64,000 nucleotides of DNA from Magallana gigas (lineage: Eukaryota), in NCBI RefSeq assembly GCF_963853765.1, contig NC_088857.1, forward strand, positions 51,956,001-52,020,000, written 5' to 3'. A program made the position numbers and the translations under genes. Positions 23,056 through 35,200 of the stretch are shown here, in pieces; position 1 is the stretch's first letter; the number at the start of each line of letters is the position of its first letter. The notes beneath the pieces are model-generated. The model saw only the letters and a list, made by a program, of their open reading frames with translations. It did no database searches and had not been told where the DNA came from.

Positions 23056-26000
23056 TCAGGAACTTGGTCGCTGGTATCTAAAGGTGATGAAGTTTGATGT
23101 TTTGGCATCAATTTTCCCTGGATCCTAAAAATAAGGCAGCTATCTTTAAATAGATCTTATTCAAAAATACAAAGTACCTGGTAATTCTTTTTTATACAGT
23201 TTTGTACGATAGTACCAAACAGGTGGCTACTTAGACATTAGGCCTCCAAGTCTGGCCACCTTGATCAGCACTGATCCAAATAACCTTGAACTTGATCAAA
23301 TACCGATAACCTTGAACTTAAATATTCATGTAATTTTGATCTTGGAATTTTGAAGTCACCAAGTAGTACACTTCCATCTTTTGTGATTCACAACATGTGT
23401 CTCTGATCTTTGAAATTGTTAAACAGAATATCTAGTCATATTTAAAATGTGGAAACTTTAAATAGGCTATAATCAATCCATGCTATATTTTTCCTATCTT
23501 TCATTAATTTGAAGACTGAAAAAGTGAAAAGGAATAATAACAGAAGAGATACAATGTGGAACATGTATAAGTGCATCACAAATTATGATTCTTTAAGAAT
23601 TGTTTTGCTTTGAATTACCTGACATCCAGCAGCCTTTGCCAGACCTATCACTTTATTGACAAATTCCACCTCTTGATCATCTTTCAGTTCTAGCATATAT
23701 CTGAAATTTAAAAAGGTTTAAAGAAATGGTCAAAACGAATAGGCCTAACTGTGACTTAAATTATTACAAATTTATGACAATGAAAGTTGATTTTCTTATC
23801 TGTGGTTTTCTAAATCCTAGTCTGATAGCCCTACACTGTAGGCAGGGCCTTTACCTGACTGTTATTCTAATGCATTACCCGTCTCAATTTCATTGCCTTA
23901 CTATTTATATTGATACCTGAATTTTAAGCTCACCTGAACCAAAGGCTTTACTAAATATCTCCTGTTGTTCTGGCCTCTTGATATATCATTACCTGGCTTT
24001 TCACATGATTACCTGATTTTTAATACCATTACCTGGCTGTTTATATCAACATCTAGCATTTGTAATATTATTACCTGGCTGTCTCTATGATCACTACAGC
24101 AGTGTCGGTGAGAATGGGCGCCACATCAGAGGTCAGGAGATGAACCAGGCTGTAGAAACATGACAAAAAAATATATACATTGTATACAAAACAAGTGATC
24201 CACCAGTGATCCCCTTGAAGAAATCTCTTTTCTTTAGCACTGATATTATGACATCACACACTTACCTATTGGCAAAGTACACCATGTGGAATGTGTTTTG
24301 GTATTTTGACTTTCTCTGAAGATCTGGGAGGCAATTCAGTGGAAGAAATGTGATCTTAACATCCTCTAATGGTAAACTTTCTGCAACAATGATTATAACA
24401 CAATAATTCTCCAGGAAACAAACTAAATTACAATGTATCAAATTAAATACAGTATTTTATACATTCAAAAATGTGTACAGGCTTTTAAAGTTGTTCAAAA
24501 TACTATCTCTACAACAAAGAAACAGAAGATTCATAATTATTAAATGTGTAGTTACAAGCATAGGGTAGATAACTGACAGGTTTACTGACTGTAGAATAGA
24601 CAACTGACAGGCTTACTGACAAAAGGTTAGACAACTGAGAGTTTTTCTGACCATGGGATAGACAACTGACAGGTCTACTGACAATAGGGTAGATAAATGA
24701 CAGGTCTACTGACAATAGGGTAGATAACTGACAGGTCTACTGATTATAGGGTAGAAAACTGAAAGGTCTACTGACAATAGGGTAGGTAACTGACAGGTCT
24801 ACTGACAATAGGGTAGATAACTGACAGGTTCACTGACCATAGGGTAGAAAACTGAAAGGCCTATTGACCATAGGGTAGACAACTGACAGGTCTACTGACA
24901 ATTTGGTAGATAACTGACAGGTCTACTGACAATAGGGTAGATAACTGACAGGTTCACTGACCATAGGGTAGAAAACTGAAAGGCCTACTGACCATAGGGT
25001 AGACAACTGACAGATCTACTGACAATTTTGGTAGAAAACTGACAGGTCTACTGACAATAGGGTAGATAACTGACAGGTTCACTGACCATAGGGTAGATAA
25101 CTAACATGTTTACTGACAATAGGGTAGATTACTGACAGGTTCACTGACCATAGGGTAGATAACGGACAGGTTCACTGACCATAGGGTAAATAACTGACAG
25201 GTCTACTGACAATACAGTAGATAACTGACAGATCTACCGACAATCACATGGATAACTGACAAATTTATTACAATAGGGAAGATAATTGCCAGGTTCACTT
25301 ACCATAGGGTAAATAACTGACCAGTTTACTGACAATAGGATAGATAACCTACAGGTTCACTGATAGTTGGGTAGATAACTGACAGGTTCACTGACAGTTA
25401 TGAAGATATCTGACCCATTCACTGACAATAGGGTAGATAACTGACCAGTTCACTGACGAAAGTGTAGATAACGGACATGTCTACCAACCATAGGGTAGAT
25501 AACTGACTGGTTTACTGACCATAGGGAAGCTCTAGGGGGTTACTGGAGACGTCATCCTGCTTCAAACTTTCCTCTTCCTGATTTTCTTCCTCCTCAGTTA
25601 TTTCTGTAAAGTTCATATACATGTATAATAAGTGACCTTTGTTATAATTGATATTATATGTACGATGGTATTTATTAGAACATTTGTCTGAAGAGAGATT
25701 CATGAAAATAAATCAAATCTGATGATATTTAAGTATGGATGAAGTTAAATCAACATATGTCCAAGGAGAGAGAAAATATGATCTACATAGAGATAACTTT
25801 TTCCCCTTGCTTCTGACCTAGAAACTTAGTTCAAGCTTAAGGTTACTTCAAATACTATCTATCTATGGGCACTCCATATGTGAAAACTGAGTCAAGAAAG
25901 AAAAAAAAAATTTGGACAATTGATAGACTGAAGGATAGACTGATCGTAATAATATTCTGATCCCTGATGATTGGATGCACAACAAATTCAGTCAAAAATC

Positions 26001-26656
26001 AAAATTATCTTGTGATCTGTAACAAGATTTAAATATACATAGATTTTATATAGTCTTCTAAGTTCTGATAGAGCATATAAAGTTACAGGGACTTTGTAAA
26101 TATGTCGAGTCTAGCTGTGAATATATGCGCCTATCTGTGTGGTCCTTGGTGGAACGTTCAGTGATTTTAACAAGTTGACAAAAATGCTCCATTACAGTGC
26201 TGCCCAATGATGGTCTAACAAAATGGCTTATAAATTTTGCTTCAAGAAGTTCAATAAACTGTGTATATTTTTTAATTTCTTTTTCCCACAATATTCATAA
26301 TAAAGATGCCGTAGTGAGTGGATCAAAAACTCTTGGCTTACAAAGATGGGACACACACAAGTCACAGCAATCAGACAAACGAGCGGATGGACATACGGAT
26401 GGACAGACAGACAATAATTACCTGTGATTGTTGCCCCTCCTTCCTTCTCCTTTTTCTCTGAAGATTTTTCCTCCACTTTTGGAGGGACATATTTTTCTTT
26501 GTGAGTTAGCTCATGAAAGAGAGACAAAATGTTGAATTCAGCAACGTTCAGGGATAGCTAAAAGAAAATATAAAACATATAATATGTGGATTCCTTATCT
26601 TCAAAACCTAGTTATTCAACAAAAAAGAACACCATAACTGTTATAAATACAACACT

Positions 26657-26695
<39 letters not shown>

Positions 26696-29600
26696 GTATT
26701 CAAGTTATAGTTATGTTGTTGTTCACAATTTTGGTAACGTTTGTCACTACATAGTGCTTTCAAACACTATTAGGAATACATATATACTGTATAAATCATT
26801 TTGTGCATGTGTGTTGGGTAAAATTTACATTTGCATACTTTGAAAATTTACTCCAAATCGATCTGATAAATTCAATACCTTTGTATACATGTTATTAGAT
26901 TTCTTGAAGAAGGATTTGTCCTCACTTTGGATCCCAAATGCCAGGAAGGGGCTGGCCACAATGTCCCCCCAGTATCCTCTTCTTGACACTTTCTCCCCTC
27001 CCTGCAAATACATGTATACACATTTATTAGGAACTTTTTTAATTTTAACCATCATCATTTCTTTGCAATAAGATCTCAATGACAAGCTGCACTTTGCTTT
27101 ATCTGTGCACTGACTTGATTGACAACCACTCCAGAGGCCAGTGTTTTGTTTGGGACATCATAAGTTGCCTCCCTTGGTTCAAAAGCAATTCCCGTACTCC
27201 TCCAAGTCTTGTATTCATGTTTGTGAATGATTTCTGCCTACAGCACAAAATAAAGGCTAGGTAAAAACAATTGATACCTATTGTGTTGGTCAGGCATTAA
27301 TGCATATTGATTATTGAAGCAATTTGTTGAATTGAAAGTGATAGTATCCTCACTTTCATAGTCTAGATATAGAAAAATTAATGTGAAATGCATGTGACAT
27401 GAAAGGAAGGCAAAAATCAGTTGAAATAAATTTTCTACATTCCATCTGTAATATTGATAGAATCTAGGAAGCTCCCTTTTACCTCTTTGTTGACAAGTTT
27501 CATGTGATAGTCCCAGTCATAAGCATTCATCCGACAGTCGTACCGCGGGCCCAGGTACTGTCTTTGTCTCATGTCCCTGTCAAACAAATAAACTAATGTA
27601 AAAGTGGTAAATTAAGCTTGGGGGAGGTTTACACTACATGTAGTTACTGTAAATTCCTAATTTAACGTGAGGAATTAATATCGAGTAAAATCGCGTGAAG
27701 CACTCTTTGCCGATTATAAAATCACGCCCTTATTTTTTGAGAGTTGAGAACAATAAGAAATAAGGAAAAAAGTTCCGCGTTTGCGATTTTATATTCTCGC
27801 AATTTGATACAAAACAATGGAATCAGGGAATTAAGTACTCATGTAATATACCGGTAAGGAATTAACAATACATGGTAAGCTGAGAACTGCATAAAATACC
27901 ACCGCACGTATGGTAAAAAATAAAAATTTTAGAGTGGTAAATCATGCTTCTGCATATTAAATATCCATAGATATTGTTTGACCTTAGAAAAAGCGTACTT
28001 AGCCAACAGCATAAATTAGTCCACTTTCACAGTATTCAGCCACACCATGACAATGATATCATTACTATAAACAACAATAACAGTTTTATTTCACAGAAAT
28101 AATTCCACGTTTGTTCTATCACATCAATCATGCTTGATCATCATAATTAATAAGTTTCATACTATCAAAGCCATTTGCAGATTTTTTTTAGCAAAAGTTA
28201 ACTATGATAAATTAAATACATGTACAAATACTTCAGTTCAAGCATTTATCGTTAAACTGAATGTAATAATATTCACAAAAGACATGACTCCTCACAATTA
28301 ATTGTCACCATGTACCTGTAATTGGATTGACAAAATTTACCATTATATTTTTTTTTCAATCAAAAATAAGAACCAATAAAAAAAGACAGTCTTACCAATG
28401 TTTTACTGCATCAAATATTTCTATTGAAGGATTTCTCCAAAATTTGAAAATTCCTTCAAGAAAGTCTCTTTCTTTAAACTGAAAAATATATTATGTAAGA
28501 ACCAATTTATAATCTTAACAATTTCATTTATGTATTATTCTCTCATTAATCTAATTTTTGGAGTAATTGTTGAAACAAATAATTAATTATAATAATAATA
28601 AGTATTAGCCTTTAAAATCAATGCGGGAATTATAACACTAGCTACCATTTAAGGAGGACTATATTTCAAAATGTGAGCAGCTTATAATATCAATATTTGG
28701 TTGAGAAATTCTTGTATCAGTTCCCCTATAGCTAGTCAAGGGAGATGGTCCATTCTTCTAATTCACTTTTCAAAATATGAACATGCAGACAGGAGGAGCA
28801 ACTAAACCCCTTGGCTTTTGGAGATGTCCTTGTTTGAAAATCAAAAGCATTTGTATAATACTAGTACCCCGTAATTAATAGATTATACTGCATATAAATG
28901 TACTGACCTTTAACTGAGACAAATCTAACATGGGCAATTTCTGATGGAGAATGTCAAAATCTGTCACCATTCTACATAAATTAGAGAAAATGCTTCAATG
29001 CAAGAAACGTGTTCACAAATGTCATGAAATGAGCTGTACACAGAATATATGCTCTAAGACTACTCACTTAATGAACTCATTTGCCATCTTTTCCACATAT
29101 TCACTGGACTGTTTTCTGATCGTCAGATTTCCAAAGAGTTCTAGGAACATCTCTGTCTTTTCTGTGACGAAATTGAATCAACACAATTAATGAAGTATTT
29201 TACTTTTGATTAATGAAAGGCCGGGTTTCACCAATTTTGGAAGGATTACTTGTTTATTACGATAAGTTTTTTTGTACTGCGGTAATAGGAATACAAAGAA
29301 TATAGACTTTAACCTAATTCTTCTGAGATTCCACCAGGTTTTGATACATGTATTTGGATAAACCAGTTAAACCAAATCCAATCAAGATTATAGAACCTAA
29401 ACCACTTACCCTGTAAGCCCATGCGTTTTGGTGTTTCCAAACTCAAAGATAAAAATAGCATGTCTCTGGCATACAGCTCCAGCGCATTCTCCAGGATGTA
29501 AAACTGTGGAAAAAATGGGGAAAATTCATTTCCTTTCCTATACATGAATGTTTTGAAATTTATATGATTTTATATCAAAATTAACATAAAAGCCATACGA

Positions 29601-31509
29601 AAAATATAACCAACGAATAAGATAGAATTGGTAATAAAGCAGGAAGCAGTTTTTGTTGAGACATGTATGTACCAAGTTCTGAAAAGTCAAGTCTCAACCG
29701 GGACTCAAACCCAGGGCCTCTGGCATACCATGCAAGCATATATACATGTACATGTATTTACTGACTGTCAGTCTGTCACACAACTGTTAACCTAGTGACA
29801 TACTCCCCTTTTTCATAGAAATTTGCCCTCAAATTTATGAGTAGAAATCTATGAGTTAAGGAAATGCTGTGAGGCAGCTAGGTTCCCAAAGATTGACTGT
29901 GCCATGGTGTTGAATGTTGGGCCTCAAATGTAACAGGTGGTGAAAAGTCAAATATCAACCAGGACTTCAACCCTGGGTCTCTGGCGTACCGTGTCAGTGC
30001 TTTAAATCACTAGTACTGAGCTATTGAAACCCGATATGTTGACTTTTCAGACATGAAATCACATACCTATTAATATGGAGACATCTATTTGTTGGAAGAC
30101 AGCTCAATCAATTTATTTACACCTGGTAATCACAGATCTTTAACCATAGCTTTAAAACATTGAAACAAGTTCTGTGATGCACTAGTTACCTGGTTCATTG
30201 AAATCTATGTGGACTATATTTATATGTACTATATAGTCTTTATTCAATAGATTTTATATGAATGTGTTAATTACCATATACCCATTAATGTTTTATGTTA
30301 CACAGACTCACATGAAATTTTTTCTTCCTATAACGATAAGATCTGGCTAAAGTTGTCAGAACATGCCTCAGGTCTCCAGCACCAACCAGCAAGATTCTCA
30401 TCTCCTCTGGTAATACATACATAATTTATATAGAATTCTACTAGATACATGTCTTAATGATCACAATTAAGATTATTAAATAAATTGATAATGACAAGCT
30501 TAAAGAAACATATCAACAAGGATATGAAATATATGATTTAATTAGAGCTCTTAAGTTTTATCACATACTGTATAATGCAAATATTAAAGACATTTATCAT
30601 ATCATATTACAGGTACCCATTATCTTATGAATAAAACATGCTTACCATCATCTTTCTCATCAATATTTAGTCCAGTCAATGCAGTTATCAAATCTAAATG
30701 GATAAAATAAAGATTTATTATTATAAACTTTTTTCATAATTGTACTTTTGATATGTTCATGATTGACATCACACATATTAATATATCATATCATTGCTTT
30801 CATATATACACTACAAAACAACGATTTCTTGCTCTAGACTATAGTACTCTGTCCCGAGTTTTTGCTTCCACCACTTTTTGCTTGATATTTCAATAATAGT
30901 AAATACCTTTGTGCTCAAACTACGTTCATCCACTAATATAAAAAATGTCCAGATTATCTGTTTTGAAACGCCCCCTCTACCGCTTCAGGTTTCAATACTC
31001 ATCCCGAAATTGAAAGTCTAAGGAGAATTTGCATTGCAACAGCCATTAATAAGCCCGGATGATAACGTTAAAAAATTGCGCGATGTATTCCAAGTGTATT
31101 CCGAATGGAGAAAAGATGTAAACATTCCCCATTATAAATCTCCGTAAGGAATCTGTTTTTGTTCCTGTGAATTTTTCTGAGTGGAAAGGGATAATTGATC
31201 AATGAAGATATCTTGGATATATATTCCCTTTTAACGATTTCAACTGTATTTCTTTCACAGGTATGTGTAATTTTATTAAAAATCATCAAAAAGTGATGGA
31301 AGCAATAACTTGGGACAGACTATAGTTGATTTCACTACTTCATAATGCAAAAGCAAATAACGAACACCCCTATGCAACCAAATTTCAACATAACGATCAT
31401 TTTTAATCCATCACACAGTATAATGTCGCCAGTGAGACACAGAAAAGCACCCTATGAATCTTTGTACATACAGCCTTTACAAGTTTACACTTTATTGATT
31501 CAACCTAAA

Positions 31510-31587
<78 letters not shown>

Positions 31588-31844
31588 AATTAATCCCTTT
31601 TTATATTAAAAAAAAATAAAATAAAAACGTGTGACAAAAGCCTTTAAGTACCTCATAAGGCATACTTCAATAGGGTTTAATGATATTTGCAGTATCGTAG
31701 AATTCTTTATGATACACATTAATGGTTATTTTCTATATTGCTTTCACATGTTGTCAAGTCGTAGCGATATAAATTACCTGGATTCTGTAGATCAATAGCT
31801 GGACTAAATCCCCACCACGTTATCGTACCGAAGCCGTTCGACAT
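23056..31844 (-). CDS. DNAAF3: Dynein axonemal assembly factor 3 (PF22), 473 aa, 16 exons
   Basis: Exons (-): 31844-31778, 30693-30646, 30406-30312, 29503-29410, 29161-29068, 28971-28908, 28478-28396, 27576-27483, 27237-27115, 27001-26879, 26557-26422, 25603-25544, 24380-24266, 24149-24075, 23700-23619, 23124-23056 (1422 nt, in frame). Motifs GFGTITWWGFSPAIDL, LLVGAGDLRHVL, LKFKERDFLEGIFKFW and RGYWGDIVASPFLAFGI. Confidence 0.96.
24560..25522. repeat. 31-bp minisatellite, about 30 copies, in DNAAF3 intron 12
   Basis: Unit ctgacaggtctactgacaatagggtagataa. It starts about 20 bp from the exon-12 donor. Confidence 0.95.
27645..27870 (+). mobile_element. MITE of the same family as 1-200
   Basis: tactgtaaattcctaatttaacgtgaggaatt...aaaatcgcg...gttccgcgtt...aattaagtact is colinear with 1-200. 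Confidence 0.65.
29680..30050 (-). mobile_element. tRNA-derived SINE-like repeat with two heads
   Basis: Reverse strand tagctcagt...gccagagacccagggttgaagtcc...cttttcaccacctgttaca matches 20405-20490. A second head lies at about 29690-29730. Confidence 0.5.
31516..31584. repeat. (TA)n microsatellite in DNAAF3 intron 1
   Basis: Seen directly. Confidence 0.95.
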
Positions 31845-32231
31845 TTTAAAGTCTCTGTTATGCTGATTGCTCAAAAGTGTATTGTATGTCTTGTTGAAAT
31901 ATGCTGGTTGTTCATAGACGCTCTTGCTATTTTCTGATATGTGCAGACATGTGTAAACAAAGCAGCTCCGCAACAAATTCCTTGAATGGTTAATACGCAC
32001 ATAATTTATTCGTATACTACACATTGATTTGCTGTAAAAAAAAAAATATAAGCGATAATAGAGTTAAAAAAAATACATAATCTCTCACAATGAAAACTTC
32101 TTAAGCTTTTATCGGGAAGATTTTTAAACACTGTTGATTTGTAAGTAATTATTTTTTACTCGAACAAACTAAGGACGGTTAATCCATTATTCTTTAAAGA
32201 TGGCGGCCTCCAGGTAGCGGTAAATTGAAAC
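31845..32231. promoter_or_regulatory. Putative bidirectional promoter for DNAAF3 and CWF19L1, with a YY1-type motif
   Basis: The divergent ATGs are 387 bp apart. AAGATGGCGGC at 32197-32207 matches the YY1 consensus. Confidence 0.6.
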
Positions 32232-35200
32232 ATGTCTTCAAAAGCATTAAAAATGTAAGTATGCAATCGCAGCGACGTGTCATTGTTTATTTAAGATTTT
32301 AACCAGGACCTATGTAGTAACATCTTGTATGCAAGATCACAGTTTATACCAATCTAATAGCAAGGGCACTGTGTGGCACTGGTCAGAGGAGAGTCAATAA
32401 ACAATTTTAAGCCTTAAAAATATTGCTGAGATTAGGTTTACATATATTCCCTAGAGAATTTAATCTGTTACAGAAAATGAAAAACAATGTGACTCAGCAC
32501 TGCTCAAGATAATTCTTTGGACTTGATTGTGCTGTCTGGTCCTTAGAAGCACAATTTACCCGTATATGTCTAGATATTGTAGTGAAACTAGGGAATATGT
32601 CTGATGATGATAAAATGTCGTAATTTGGCATCAAGTATTCTGAATCACATGTGTGAAGATGTTTATTTTTCTGGAATATTCAGTTAACCTTTTTTAAACC
32701 ATGCATTGGCTTTTTTTGGCCAGTGGATGCCTTGATCAGTGGTTTGATGTTTGTGATTTTCTTGGTTGTAGCTTAGTCTCGGGCGATGTTGAGGGGAACC
32801 TAGACAAATTGTTTGGCCGTGTCAACACCATACAGAAGAAAAGTGGTAGCTTTGATGTAGGTTTTATATCACTACTTATTTATTTTTGTTTCCATGCCAT
32901 TAAAAAGGGTAAAAACAAATACAACTTTCAATACACCTATTCAATGTTTAGCATTCATCTCTTTTTCTGAACCCAGAATAAAAGTAGCTACAGTACACCA
33001 GGATCATTGTTTTAGAATTTTTATTACAGTTGCTGTTGTGTGTTGGAGAATTCTTTGGGAGTAACACCAGTGAATGGGAGAAGTACAAGAGTGGTCAAAG
33101 CAAAGGTAATCTAGTCAAATAAAATCCAGGTTAGTACAAAGTCAATACAAGTCTAGCAGAGGTTAGTAAAATCATATCAGAGCATAGTCAGAAATAAGGA
33201 ATTGAGCTTGAGAAAGTATCAAATGTTTATTGCGAACAATTTTAGTCCATAGAATGGTAAAGAATTCAAATCTAACAATTGCCTTTCAACTTGGATCTCA
33301 ATGTTTATGGTCAAATTGATTGGAAGATATACTAGGTTTACTTTTACAAAGTGCTACATGTATGGTTATCTAGGAAATACACTTAAATAAATATTATTAA
33401 CAGCAAGTAACTGGTACTGGTATGGCGGTATGTTACAGTTATGAAATATAGAAATCTAAGTGTAAATTCATGATGTGAAAATTGAAAAGATAAGAATAAA
33501 TTTGTTTTTCAGTCCCAATAAGCACCCTGATACTAGGACCCAATGACCCAACCTTGTCGGAGTGTTATCAGAACAACACAGATGGGGTGGAGCTTTGTGA
33601 AAATCTGACCTACCTAGGTTTGTATGATTGTCAACATTTACTGACTTTCAACTAATTATTGATGACATTTTGGTTTTATTAGCAATCCACAGTCTACTGC
33701 AGCTGACTCCTTTCAACTTTCATGTTGGAAAGTCCACACTTTGATAAATTGTTAAGAGATGAAATTGTGTTTTTTTTAACGTCCTAATTTTCAGACATCC
33801 AAAATTTAAGAGTTTTACTCTCTCACTGATGATTTATTGAAATCAAAGGGCAGTGTCGGATGACTGAAATGTTCATTGGAAGTTGGATTTTATCTTCCAT
33901 GTCTTCTGCTTTCCTTTTCACAGAGCAAGTTTAAATCCTTGGCTAGTAAATATCTAAGTTTTTTAATACAAAGTGAATATAAAATGAAATAGGTAGTTTT
34001 GGACAAGTGGAATGAAGGAGAGACTAATTTTTTAGAAACCGATTTTTTTTTTCAGGTAGAAAAGGAACTTTCACAGGTAGCTCAGGCCTGTCTGTGGCGT
34101 ATCTGAGTGGGAAGGAAGGGGACCGGTCCGAGCTGGGGGTCTTCTCTCGGCAGGATGTGTCCAGCCTTCTTCTGCCCTGTGAGGGGGACACAAAGTTCAG
34201 GGGAGTGGACATCTTACTGACCTCTCAATGGCCAAAACAACCAGCTAAATATGCATCAGATGTGGTGTGTGTTATGATCATTTATTTATGATCTCTACTG
34301 TTAAAGTTTAGAAAATTACAATAATTTTTGCAAACAAAGAAGTTGGAAAATCAAGCCATTGTTGATAATGTTGCTCAATGAATCATTTTAACAAGACAAT
34401 TGATTATAGGTAGTTATAGTCAACAGCAATCAGATGAGGGTTTGTGTATTAATAATGATAGCATAATACAATGTAATTCATAATGGATATAGGCATCCAA
34501 AAGACATCAAACCTCATGAAATCTTGAAATTGAAGGGTCTACTGTACATGGTTTATGATATTAAATGATTATGATATGGATTCAATGTTTAATTGATATT
34601 ACGAGGAGTACACTTTATATATAATCAGTGACTAATACGAACAAGATAGATTTGGGATTGACTGAATATATATCAGTGACTCATATTAACATGATATATA
34701 TGGGGTACAACTGTACAATGTATATTGTATCAGTGAGTGATATTTACGTGATATATATAGGGTACACTGTATATAATGTCAGTGACTGATATTAGTATGG
34801 TACATATGGTGTATACTGTATATAATGAAACTGATATGGAGTACATTGTATATAATGGGACTGATTTTGTGACCTTTGACTCAGGAGCTGGACACAGAGC
34901 AGTGTGGGTCGGACCTAATCAGTCAGCTGGCCCTCGGGCTGAGGCCTCGCTATCACTTCTGTGCCTCTGAAGATGTCTTCTATGAGCGACAGCCTTACAG
35001 GTAAATTGTACAGGCCTTGTTGTCACCAAAATTTACAAATCACTCAACTTGGTTCTAAACTCAAAAATCCTAAATAGAAAAGTGCATGGATTTGAGATCA
35101 GTACTCAGACTTGAGTTTGCATATTAACAGTTTGAAGTGAACTTATCTGAATGAGTAGTAGTTTCCATAAATTCAGCTGTAAGAGAAACTCTATCAATGT

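Noticed and set aside
26058-26421. ORFs inside DNAAF3 intron 11
   Set aside because: No recognisable homology and no fitting splice phases; they overlap a GACA-type microsatellite and repeat remnant.
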